This document shows, piece by piece, positions 51,501-64,000 of a stretch of DNA of 64,000 nucleotides. The stretch is taken from the NCBI RefSeq assembly GCF_009914755.1, contig NC_060928.1, one strand, 5' to 3'. A program made the position numbers and the translations under genes. Every line of letters starts with the position of its first letter. The stretch's first letter is position 1. Under the pieces are notes generated by a model. It did not search any database. It was not told the origin of the DNA and saw only the letters and a program-made list of their open reading frames with translations. This DNA comes from the human T2T-CHM13v2.0 reference genome, Homo sapiens.

Positions 51501-54500
51501 AGAAGCATTCTCAGAAACTTATTTGTGATGTGTGTCCTCAACTAACAGAGTTGAACCTTGGTTTTGATACAGCATTTTGGAAACACTCCTTTTGTAGAAT
51601 CTGCAGGTGGATATGTGGATAGCTCTGAAGATTTCGTTGGAAACGGGAATTTCTTCATATAAAATCAAACAGAAGCATTCTCAGAAACTTCTCAGTGATG
51701 TTTGCATTCAGCTCATGGAGTTGAACACTTCCTTTCATAGAGCCGGTTTGAAACACTCTTTCTGCACTACCTGGAAGAGGACATTTCGAGCGCTTTGAGT
51801 CCTATGGTGAAAAAGGAAATATCTTCTCATAAAAACCAGAAAGAAGCATTCTCAGAAACTTCTTTGTGTTGTGTGTACTCATGTAACAGTGTTGAACCAT
51901 CCTTTTGACAGAGCAGTTTTGAAACACTCTTTTTGTAGAATCTGCAAGTGGATATTTGGATAGCTTTGAGGATTTCGTTGGAAACGGGATGACATATAAT
52001 ATCTAGAGAGAAGCATTCTCAGGAACTTCTTTGTGATGTTTGCATTCAAGTCACAGAATTGAACATTCCCTTTCATAGAGCAGGTTTGAAACACTCTTTC
52101 TCTAGTATCTGGAAGTGGGCATTTCAAGCGCTTTCAGGCCTATGGAGAGAAAGGAAATACCTTCAAATAAAAACTAGACAGAAGCATTCTCAGAAACTTA
52201 TTTGTGATGTGTGTCCTCAACTAACAGAGTTGAACCTTTGTTTTGATACAGCATTTTGGAAACACTCCTTTTGTAGAATCTGCAGGTGGATATTTGGATA
52301 ACTTTGAAGATTTCGTTGGAAACCGGAATATCTTCATATAAAATCAAGACAGAAGCATTCTCGGAAACATCTCTGTGATGTTTGCATTCAACTCAGTAGA
52401 GTTGAACACTTCTTTCCATAGAGCCGGTTTGAAACACTCTTTCTGCACTACCTGGAAGCGGACATTTCGAGCGCTTTGAGGCCTATGGTGAAAAAGGAAA
52501 TATCTTCTCATAAAAACCAGAAAGAAGCATTCTCAGAAACTTCTTTGTGTTGTGTGTACTCAAGTAACAGTGTTGAACCTTCCTTTTGACACAGCAGTTT
52601 TGAAACACTCTTTTGGTAGAATCTGCAAGTGGATATTTGGATAGCTTTGAGGATTTCGTTGGAAACGGGTTATCTTCATATAAAATCCAGACAGGAGCAT
52701 TCTCAGAAACTTCTTTGTGCTGCATGTCCTCAATTCACAGAGCTGAACCTTTGTTTGGATACAGCATTTTGGAAACATTCCTTGAGTAGAATCTGCAAGT
52801 TGATATTTAGATAGCTTTGAAGATTTCGTTGGAAACGGGAATATCTTCATAGAAAATCTAGACGGAAGCATTCTCAGAAACTGCTTTGTGATGTTTGCAT
52901 TCAAGTCACAGAGTTGAATATTCCCTTTTATAGAGTAGGTTTGAAACACTCTTTTGGCACTACCTGGAAGTGGATATTTCGAGCTCTTTGAGGCCTATGG
53001 TTAAAAGGAAATATCTTCCCATAAAAACTAGACAGAAGCCGTCTCAGAAACTTGTTTGTGATGTGTGTATTCAACTAACAGAGTTGAACATTTCTGTTAC
53101 AGAGCAATTTTAAAACACTCTTTTTGTGGAATCTGAAAGTGGATAATTGGATAGCTTTGTGGATTTCGTTGGAAACGGGATGACGTATAAAATCTAGAGA
53201 GAAGCATTCTCAGGAACTTCTTTCTGATGTTTGCATTCAAGTCACAGAATTGAACATTCCTTTTCATAGTGCAGGTTTGAAACACTCTTTCTGTAGTATC
53301 TGGAAGTGGACATTTCAAGCGCTTTCAGGCCTACGGGGAGAAAGGAAATATCTTCAAATAAAAACTAGACAGAAGGATTCTCAGAAACTTATTTGTGATG
53401 TGTGCCCTAAACGAACACAGTTGAACCTTTGTTTTGATACAGCATTTTGGAAACACTCCTTTTGTAGGATCTGCAGGTGGATATTTGGATAGATTTTAAG
53501 ATTTCGTTGGAAACGGGAGTTTCTTCATAGAAACTCAAGACAGATGCATTCTCAGAAACATCTCTGTGATGTTTGCATTCCACTCATAGAGTTGAAAACT
53601 TCCTTTCATAGAGCAGGTTTGAAACACTCTTTTTGTAATATTTGGAAGTGGACATTTGCAGCGCTTTGAGGCCTATGGTGAAAAAGGAAATATCTTCCCA
53701 TAAAAACTAGACAGAAGCATTCTCAGAAACTTGTTTGTGATGTGTGTATTCAACTAACAGAGTTGAACTTTTGTTTTTACAGAGCCGTTTTAAAACACTC
53801 TTTTTGTGGAATCAGAAAGTGGATATTCGGATGGCTCTGAGGATTTCGTTGGAAGCGGGATTACATATAAAATCTAGAGAGAAGCATTCTCAGGAACTTC
53901 TTTGTGATGTTTGCATTGAAGTCACAGAATTGAACATTCACTTTGATAGAGCAGGTTTGAAACACTCATTCTGTAGTATCTGGAAGTGGACATTTCAAGC
54001 GCTTTCAGGCCTATGGTGAGAAAGGAAATATCTTCGAATAAAAACTAGACAGAAGCATCCTCAGAAACTTATTTGTGATGTGTGTCCTCAACTAACAGAG
54101 TTGAAACTTTGTTTTGATACAGCATTTTGGAAACACTCTTTTTGTAGAATCTGCAGGTGGATATTTGGATAGCTTAGAGGGATTCGTTGGAAAGGGGATA
54201 TCTTCATATAAAATCTAGACAGAAGCATTCTCAGAAACTTATTTGTGATGTGTGTCCTCAACTAACAGAGTTGAACCTTGGTTTTGATACAGCATTTTGG
54301 AAACACTCCTTTTGTAGAATCTGCAGGTGGATATGTGGATAGCTCTGAAGATTTCGTTGGAAACGGGAATTTCTTCATATAAAATCAAACAGAAGCATTC
54401 TCAGAAACTTCTCAGTGATGTTTGCATTCAGCTCATGGAGTTGAACACTTCCTTTCATAGAGCCGGTTTGAAACACTCTTTCTGCACTACCTGGAAGAGG

Positions 54501-57500
54501 CCATTTCGAGCGCTTTGAGTCCTATGGTGAAAAAGGAAATATCTTCTCATAAAAACCAGAAAGAAGCATTCTCAGAAACTTCTTTGTGTTGTGTGTACTC
54601 ATGTAACAGTGTTGAACCATCCTTTTGACAGAGCAGTTTTGAAACACTCTTTTTGTAGAATCTGCAAGTGGATATTTGGATAGCTTTCAGGATTTCGTTG
54701 GAAACGGGATGACATATAATATCTAGAGAGAAGCATACTCAGGAACTTCTTTGTGATGTTTGCATTCAAGTCACAGAATTGAACATTCCCTTTCATAGAG
54801 CAGGTTTGAAACACTCTTTCTCTAGTATCTGGAAGTGGGCATTTCAAGCGCTTTCAGGCCTACGGAGAGAAAGGAAATACCTTCAAATAAAAACTAGACA
54901 GAAGCATTCTCAGAAACTTATTTGTGATGTGTGTCCTCAACTAACAGAGTTGAACCTTTGTTTTGATACAGCATTTTGGAAACACTCCTTTTGTAGAATC
55001 TGCAGGTGGATATTTGGATAACTTTGAAGATTTCGTTGGAAACCGGAATATCTTCATATAAAATCAAGACAGAAGCATTCTCGGAAACATCTCTGTGATG
55101 TTTGCATTCAACTCAGTAGAGTTGAACACTTCCTTCCATAGAGCCGGTTTGAAACACTCTTTCTGCACTACCTGGAAGCGGACATTTCGAGCGCTTTGAG
55201 GCCTATGGTGAAAAAGGAAATATCTTCTCATAAAAACCAGAAAGAAGCATTCTCAGAAACTTCTTTGTGTTGTGTGTACTCAAGTAACAGTGTTGAACCT
55301 TCCTTTTGACACAGCAGTTTTGAAACACTCTTTTGGTAGAATCTGCAAGTGGATATTTGGATAGCTTTGAGGATTTCGTTGGAAACGGGTTATCTTCATA
55401 TAAAATCCAGACAGGAGCATTCTCAGAAACTTCTTTGTGCTGCATGTCCTCAATTCACAGAGCTGAACCTTTGTTTGGATACAGCATTTTGGAAACATTC
55501 CTTTAGTAGAATCTGCAAGTTGATATTTAGATAGCTTTGAAGATTTCGTTGGAAACGGGAATATCTTCATAGAAAATCTAGACGGAAGCATTCTCAGAAA
55601 CTGCTTTGTGATGTTTGCATTCAAGTCACAGAGTTGAATATTCCCTTTTATAGAGTAGGTTTGAAACACTCTTTTGGCACTACCTGGAAGTGGATATTTC
55701 GAGCTCTTTGAGGCCTATGGTTAAAAGGAAATATCTTCCCATAAAAACTAGACAGAAGCCGTCTCAGAAACTTGTTTGTGATGTGTGTATTCAACTAACA
55801 GAGTTGAACATTTCTGTTACAGAGCAATTTTAAAACACTCTTTTTGTGGAATCTGAAAGTGGATAATTGGATAGCTTTGTGGATTTCGTTGGAAACGGGA
55901 TGACGTATAAAATCTAGAGAGAAGCATTCTCAGGAACTTCTTTCTGATGTTTGCATTCAAGTCACAGAATTGAACATTCCTTTTCATAGTGCAGGTTTGA
56001 AACACTCTTTCTGTAGTATCTGGAAGTGGACATTTCAAGCGCTTTCAGGCCTACGGGGAGAAAGGAAATATCTTCAAATAAAAACTAGACAGAAGGATTC
56101 TCAGAAACTTATTTGTGATGTGTGCCCTAAACGAACACAGTTGAACCTTTGTTTTGATACAGCATTTTGGAAACACTCCTTTTGTAGGATCTGCAGGTGG
56201 ATATTTGGATAGATTTTAAGATTTCGTTGGAAACGGGAGTTTCTTCATAGAAACTCAAGACAGATGCATTCTCAGAAACATCTCTGTGATGTTTGCATTC
56301 CACTCATAGAGTTGAAAACTTCCTTTCATAGAGCAGGTTTGAAACACTCTTTTTGTAATATTTGGAAGTGGACATTTGCAGCGCTTTGAGGCCTATGGTG
56401 AAAAAGGAAATATCTTCCCATAAAAACTAGACAGAAGCATTCTCAGAAACTTGTTTGTGATGTGTGTATTCAACTAACAGAGTTGAACTTTTGTTTTTAC
56501 AGAGCCGTTTTAAAACACTCTTTTTGTGGAATCAGAAAGTGGATATTCGGATGGCTCTGAGGATTTCGTTGGAAGCGGGATTACATATAAAATCTAGAGA
56601 GAAGCATTCTCAGGAACTTCTTTGTGATGTTTGCATTGAAGTCACAGAATTGAACATTCACTTTGATAGAGCAGGTTTGAAACACTCATTCTGTAGTATC
56701 TGGAAGTGGACATTTCAAGCGCTTTCAGGCCTATGGTGAGAAAGGAAATATCTTCGAATAAAAACTAGACAGAAGCATCCTCAGAAACTTATTTGTGATG
56801 TGTGTCCTCAACTAACAGAGTTGAAACTTTGTTTTGATACAGCATTTTGGAAACACTCTTTTTGTAGAATCTGCAGGTGGATATTTGGATAGCTTAGAGG
56901 GATTCGTTGGAAAGGGGATATCTTCATATAAAATCTAGACAGAAGCATTCTCAGAAACTTATTTGTGATGTGTGTCCTCAACTAACAGAGTTGAACCTTG
57001 GTTTTGATACAGCATTTTGGAAACACTCCTTTTGTAGAATCTGCAGGTGGATATGTGGATAGCTCTGAAGATTTCGTTGGAAACGGGAATTTCTTCATAT
57101 AAAATCAAACAGAAGCATTCTCAGAAACTTCTCAGTGATGTTTGCATTCAGCTCATGGAGTTGAACACTTCCTTTCATAGAGCCGGTTTGAAACACTCTT
57201 TCTGCACTACCTGGAAGAGGACATTTCGAGCGCTTTGAGTCCTATGGTGAAAAAGGAAATATCTTCTCATAAAAACCAGAAAGAAGCATTCTCAGAAACT
57301 TCTTTGTGTTGTGTGTACTCATGTAACAGTGTTGAACCATCCTTTTGACAGAGCAGTTTTGAAACACTCTTTTTGTAGAATCTGCAAGTGGATATTTGGA
57401 TAGCTTTGAGGATTTCGTTGGAAACGGGATGACATATAATCTCTAGAGAGAAGCATACTCAGGAACTTCTTTGTGATGTTTGCATTCAAGTCACAGAATT

Positions 57501-60500
57501 GAACATTCCCTTTCATAGAGCAGGTTTGAAACACTCTTTCTCTAGTATCTGGAAGTGGGCATTTCAAGCGCTTTCAGGCCTATGGAGAGAAAGGAAATAC
57601 CTTCAAATAAAAACTAGACAGAAGCATTCTCAGAAACTTATTTGTGATGTGTGTCCTCAACTAACAGAGTTGAACCTTTGTTTTGATACAGCATTTTGGA
57701 AACACTCCTTTTGTAGAATCTGCAGGTGGATATTTGGATAACTTTGAAGATTTCGTTGGAAACCGGAATATCTTCATATAAAATCAAGACAGAAGCATTC
57801 TCGGAAACATCTCTGTGATGTTTGCATTCAACTCAGTAGAGTTGAACACTTCCTTCCATAGAGCCGGTTTGAAACACTCTTTCTGCACTACCTGGAAGCG
57901 GACATTTCGAGCGCTTTGAGGCCTATGGTGAAAAAGGAAATATCTTCTCATAAAAACCAGAAAGAAGCATTCTCAGAAACTTCTTTGTGTTGTGTGTACT
58001 CAAGTAACAGTGTTGAACCTTCCTTTTGACACAGCAGTTTTGAAACACTCTTTTGGTAGAATCTGCAAGTGGATATTTGGATAGCTTTGAGGATTTCGTT
58101 GGAAACGGGTTATCTTCATATAAAATCCAGACAGGAGCATTCTCAGAAACTTCTTTGTGCTGCATGTCCTCAATTCACAGAGCTGAACCTTTGTTTGGAT
58201 ACAGCATTTTGGAAACATTCCTTTAGTAGAATCTGCAAGTTGATATTTAGATAGCTTTGAAGATTTCGTTGGAAACGGGAATATCTTCATAGAAAATCTA
58301 GACGGAAGCATTCTCAGAAACTGCTTTGTGATGTTTGCATTCAAGTCACAGAGTTGAATATTCCCTTTTATAGAGTAGGTTTGAAACACTCTTTTGGCAC
58401 TACCTGGAAGTGGATATTTCGAGCTCTTTGAGGCCTATGGTTAAAAGGAAATATCTTCCCATAAAAACTAGACAGAAGCCGTCTCAGAAACTTGTTTGTG
58501 ATGTGTGTATTCAACTAACAGAGTTGAACATTTCTGTTACAGAGCAATTTTAAAACACTCTTTTTGTGGAATCTGAAAGTGGATAATTGGATAGCTTTGT
58601 GGATTTCGTTGGAAACGGGATGACGTATAAAATCTAGAGAGAAGCATTCTCAGGAACTTCTTTCTGATGTTTGCATTCAAGTCACAGAATTGAACATTCC
58701 TTTTCATAGTGCAGGTTTGAAACACTCTTTCTGTAGTATCTGGAAGTGGACATTTCAAGCGCTTTCAGGCCTACGGGGAGAAAGGAAATATCTTCAAATA
58801 AAAACTAGACAGAAGGATTCTCAGAAACTTATTTGTGATGTGTGCCCTAAACGAACACAGTTGAACCTTTGTTTTGATACAGCATTTTGGAAACACTCCT
58901 TTTGTAGGATCTGCAGGTGGATATTTGGATAGATTTTAAGATTTCGTTGGAAACGGGAGTTTCTTCATAGAAACTCAAGACAGATGCATTCTCAGAAACA
59001 TCTCTGTGATGTTTGCATTCCACTCATAGAGTTGAAAACTTCCTTTCATAGAGCAGGTTTGAAACACTCTTTTTGTAATATTTGGAAGTGGACATTTGCA
59101 GCGCTTTGAGGCCTATGGTGAAAAAGGAAATATCTTCCCATAAAAACTAGACAGAAGCATTCTCAGAAACTTGTTTGTGATGTGTGTATTCAACTAACAG
59201 AGTTGAACTTTTGTTTTTACAGAGCCGTTTTAAAACACTCTTTTTGTGGAATCAGAAAGTGGATATTCGGATGGCTCTGAGGATTTCGTTGGAAGCGGGA
59301 TTACATATAAAATCTAGAGAGAAGCATTCTCAGGAACTTCTTTGTGATGTTTGCATTGAAGTCACAGAATTGAACATTCACTTTGATAGAGCAGGTTTGA
59401 AACACTCATTCTGTAGTATCTGGAAGTGGACATTTCAAGCGCTTTCAGGCCTATGGTGAGAAAGGAAATATCTTCGAATAAAAACTAGACAGAAGCATCC
59501 TCAGAAACTTATTTGTGATGTGTGTCCTCAACTAACAGAGTTGAAACTTTGTTTTGATACAGCATTTTGGAAACACTCTTTTTGTAGAATCTGCAGGTGG
59601 ATATTTGGATAGCTTAGAGGGATTCGTTGGAAAGGGGATATCTTCATATAAAATCTAGACAGAAGCATTCTCAGAAACTTATTTGTGATGTGTGTCCTCA
59701 ACTAACAGAGTTGAACCTTGGTTTTGATACAGCATTTTGGAAACACTCCTTTTGTAGAATCTGCAGGTGGATATGTGGATAGCTCTGAAGATTTCGTTGG
59801 AAACGGGAATTTCTTCATATAAAATCAAACAGAAGCATTCTCAGAAACTTCTCAGTGATGTTTGCATTCAGCTCATGGAGTTGAACACTTCCTTTCATAG
59901 AGCCGGTTTGAAACACTCTTTCTGCACTACCTGGAAGAGGACATTTCGAGCGCTTTGAGTCCTATGGTGAAAAAGGAAATATCTTCTCATAAAAACCAGA
60001 AAGAAGCATTCTCAGAAACTTCTTTGTGTTGTGTGTACTCATGTAACAGTGTTGAACCATCCTTTTGACAGAGCAGTTTTGAAACACTCTTTTTGTAGAA
60101 TCTGCAAGTGGATATTTGGATAGCTTTCAGGATTTCGTTGGAAACGGGATGACATATAATATCTAGAGAGAAGCATACTCAGGAACTTCTTTGTGATGTT
60201 TGCATTCAAGTCACAGAATTGAACATTCCCTTTCATAGAGCAGGTTTGAAACACTCTTTCTCTAGTATCTGGAAGTGGGCATTTCAAGCGCTTTCAGGCC
60301 TACGGAGAGAAAGGAAATACCTTCAAATAAAAACTAGACAGAAGCATTCTCAGAAACTTATTTGTGATGTGTGTCCTCAACTAACAGAGTTGAACCTTTG
60401 TTTTGATACAGCATTTTGGAAACACTCCTTTTGTAGAATCTGCAGGTGGATATTTGGATAACTTTGAAGATTTCGTTGGAAACCGGAATATCTTCATATA

Positions 60501-63500
60501 AAATCAAGACAGAAGCATTCTCGGAAACATCTCTGTGATGTTTGCATTCAACTCAGTAGAGTTGAACACTTCCTTCCATAGAGCCGGTTTGAAACACTCT
60601 TTCTGCACTACCTGGAAGCGGACATTTCGAGCGCTTTGAGGCCTATGGTGAAAAAGGAAATATCTTCTCATAAAAACCAGAAAGAAGCATTCTCAGAAAC
60701 TTCTTTGTGTTGTGTGTACTCAAGTAACAGTGTTGAACCTTCCTTTTGACACAGCAGTTTTGAAACACTCTTTTGGTAGAATCTGCAAGTGGATATTTGG
60801 ATAGCTTTGAGGATTTCGTTGGAAACGGGTTATCTTCATATAAAATCCAGACAGGAGCATTCTCAGAAACTTCTTTGTGCTGCATGTCCTCAATTCACAG
60901 AGCTGAACCTTTGTTTGGATACAGCATTTTGGAAACATTCCTTTAGTAGAATCTGCAAGTTGATATTTAGATAGCTTTGAAGATTTCGTTGGAAACGGGA
61001 ATATCTTCATAGAAAATCTAGACGGAAGCATTCTCAGAAACTGCTTTGTGATGTTTGCATTCAAGTCACAGAGTTGAATATTCCCTTTTATAGAGTAGGT
61101 TTGAAACACTCTTTTGGCACTACCTGGAAGTGGATATTTCGAGCTCTTTGAGGCCTATGGTTAAAAGGAAATATCTTCCCATAAAAACTAGACAGAAGCC
61201 GTCTCAGAAACTTGTTTGTGATGTGTGTATTCAACTAACAGAGTTGAACATTTCTGTTACAGAGCAATTTTAAAACACTCTTTTTGTGGAATCTGAAAGT
61301 GGATAATTGGATAGCTTTGTGGATTTCGTTGGAAACGGGATGACGTATAAAATCTAGAGAGAAGCATTCTCAGGAACTTCTTTCTGATGTTTGCATTCAA
61401 GTCACAGAATTGAACATTCCTTTTCATAGTGCAGGTTTGAAACACTCTTTCTGTAGTATCTGGAAGTGGACATTTCAAGCGCTTTCAGGCCTACGGGGAG
61501 AAAGGAAATATCTTCAAATAAAAACTAGACAGAAGGATTCTCAGAAACTTATTTGTGATGTGTGCCCTAAACGAACACAGTTGAACCTTTGTTTTGATAC
61601 AGCATTTTGGAAACACTCCTTTTGTAGGATCTGCAGGTGGATATTTGGATAGATTTTAAGATTTCGTTGGAAACGGGAGTTTCTTCATAGAAACTCAAGA
61701 CAGATGCATTCTCAGAAACATCTCTGTGATGTTTGCATTCCACTCATAGAGTTGAAAACTTCCTTTCATAGAGCAGGTTTGAAACACTCTTTTTGTAATA
61801 TTTGGAAGTGGACATTTGCAGCGCTTTGAGGCCTATGGTGAAAAAGGAAATATCTTCCCATAAAAACTAGACAGAAGCATTCTCAGAAACTTGTTTGTGA
61901 TGTGTGTATTCAACTAACAGAGTTGAACTTTTGTTTTTACAGAGCCGTTTTAAAACACTCTTTTTGTGGAATCAGAAAGTGGATATTCGGATGGCTCTGA
62001 GGATTTCGTTGGAAGCGGGATTACATATAAAATCTAGAGAGAAGCATTCTCAGGAACTTCTTTGTGATGTTTGCATTGAAGTCACAGAATTGAACATTCA
62101 CTTTGATAGAGCAGGTTTGAAACACTCATTCTGTAGTATCTGGAAGTGGACATTTCAAGCGCTTTCAGGCCTATGGTGAGAAAGGAAATATCTTCGAATA
62201 AAAACTAGACAGAAGCATCCTCAGAAACTTATTTGTGATGTGTGTCCTCAACTAACAGAGTTGAAACTTTGTTTTGATACAGCATTTTGGAAACACTCTT
62301 TTTGTAGAATCTGCAGGTGGATATTTGGATAGCTTAGAGGGATTCGTTGGAAAGGGGATATCTTCATATAAAATCTAGACAGAAGCATTCTCAGAAACTT
62401 ATTTGTGATGTGTGTCCTCAACTAACAGAGTTGAACCTTGGTTTTGATACAGCATTTTGGAAACACTCCTTTTGTAGAATCTGCAGGTGGATATGTGGAT
62501 AGCTCTGAAGATTTCGTTGGAAACGGGAATTTCTTCATATAAAATCAAACAGAAGCATTCTCAGAAACTTCTCAGTGATGTTTGCATTCAGCTCATGGAG
62601 TTGAACACTTCCTTTCATAGAGCCGGTTTGAAACACTCTTTCTGCACTACCTGGAAGAGGACATTTCGAGCGCTTTGAGTCCTATGGTGAAAAAGGAAAT
62701 ATCTTCTCATAAAAACCAGAAAGAAGCATTCTCAGAAACTTCTTTGTGTTGTGTGTACTCATGTAACAGTGTTGAACCATCCTTTTGACAGAGCAGTTTT
62801 GAAACACTCTTTTTGTAGAATCTGCAAGTGGATATTTGGATAGCTTTGAGGATTTCGTTGGAAACGGGATGACATATAATCTCTAGAGAGAAGCATACTC
62901 AGGAACTTCTTTGTGATGTTTGCATTCAAGTCACAGAATTGAACATTCCCTTTCATAGAGCAGGTTTGAAACACTCTTTCTCTAGTATCTGGAAGTGGGC
63001 ATTTCAAGCGCTTTCAGGCCTATGGAGAGAAAGGAAATACCTTCAAATAAAAACTAGACAGAAGCATTCTCAGAAACTTATTTGTGATGTGTGTCCTCAA
63101 CTAACAGAGTTGAACCTTTGTTTTGATACAGCATTTTGGAAACACTCCTTTTGTAGAATCTGCAGGTGGATATTTGGATAACTTTGAAGATTTCGTTGGA
63201 AACCGGAATATCTTCATATAAAATCAAGACAGAAGCATTCTCGGAAACATCTCTGTGATGTTTGCATTCAACTCAGTAGAGTTGAACACTTCCTTTCATA
63301 GAGCAGGTTTGAAACACTCTTTCTGCACTACCTGGAAGCGGACATTTCGAGCGCTTTGAGGCCTATGGTGAAAAAGGAAATATCTTCTCATAAAAACCAG
63401 AAAGAAGCATTCTCAGAAACTTCTTTGTGTTGTGTGTACTCAAGTAACAGTGTTGAACCTTCCTTTTGACACAGCAGTTTTGAAACACTCTTTTGGTAGA

Positions 63501-64000
63501 ATCTGCAAGTGGATATTTGGATAGCTTTGAGGATTTCGTTGGAAACGGGTTATCTTCATATAAAATCCAGACAGGAGCATTCTCAGAAACTTCTTTGTGC
63601 TGCATGTCCTCAATTCACAGAGCTGAACCTTTGTTTGGATACAGCATTTTGGAAACATTCCTTGAGTAGAATCTGCAAGTTGATATTTAGATAGCTTTGA
63701 AGATTTCGTTGGAAACGGGAATATCTTCATAGAAAATCTAGACGGAAGCATTCTCAGAAACTGCTTTGTGATGTTTGCATTCAAGTCACAGAGTTGAATA
63801 TTCCCTTTTATAGAGTAGGTTTGAAACACTCTTTTGGCACTACCTGGAAGTGGATATTTCGAGCTCTTTGAGGCCTATGGTTAAAAGGAAATATCTTCCC
63901 ATAAAAACTAGACAGAAGCCGTCTCAGAAACTTGTTTGTGATGTGTGTATTCAACTAACAGAGTTGAACATTTCTGTTACAGAGCAATTTTAAAACACTC
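45562..64000 (+). repeat. 16-mer HOR variant domain (2720 bp, ~6.8 copies) with m3/m6 fusion, lacking m4-m5 and most of m6
   Basis: m7 starts at 45562, 48278, 50998, 53718, 56438, 59158 and 61878. The m3 body ends in the m6 tail CTTCCCATAAAAACTAGAC. Confidence 0.93.

Larger units (their letters stand above)
1..64000 (+). repeat. Alpha-satellite (alphoid) centromeric HOR array, uninterrupted and in one orientation
   Basis: Monomers of ~166-172 bp begin CATTCTCAGAAACT...GTGATGT throughout. CENP-B boxes (TTTCGTTGGAAACGGGA) and pJalpha boxes (CTATGGTGAAAAAGGAA) occupy the same monomer position. Near-identical multi-monomer periodicity is present. Confidence 0.99.

Noticed and set aside
25-63829. 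About 190 short ORFs (61-129 aa) on both strands
   Set aside because: They are translations of alpha-satellite monomers that recur with the HOR period. Many start at TTG or GTG, and they show no recognisable domain or gene structure. I used them only as positional markers.
1-64000. CRISPR-like or prokaryotic repeat-spacer system
   Set aside because: There are no unique spacers and no cas-like ORFs. The whole monomer is repeated and carries primate CENP-B boxes.
1-64000. L1/Alu insertion or inversion within the array
   Set aside because: I saw no non-alphoid sequence, poly(A) tail or reverse-orientation box. All marker spacings are whole numbers of monomers.

Overview
The whole 64-kb window is a head-to-tail, single-orientation primate centromeric alpha-satellite (~171-bp monomer) higher-order repeat (HOR) array. 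I saw no genes, transposons or inversions. The base unit is 3232 bp (19 monomers) with dimeric SF2-like alternation of pJalpha-box (A) and CENP-B-box (B) monomers, which best fits the active human chromosome 4 array D4Z1 (S2C4H1L). Monomer labels m1-m19 are my own, not the published numbering; in the first unit m2=151, m7=1005, m13=2021, and the next m1=3212. Measured between successive m7 starts, the unit order is 19x5, 18, 19, 6, 15, 6, 19, 6, 19, 19, 18, 22, then 16-mers to the end. All ORFs in the track are repeat artefacts. I found no new gene system. The interest is array evolution: a 7+5+7 internal structure, hybrid monomers, length-neutral conversion tracts, SNP-defined super-repeats (9696 and 5440 bp), a 6+19 composite unit, and an abrupt switch to a homogeneous 16-mer domain.
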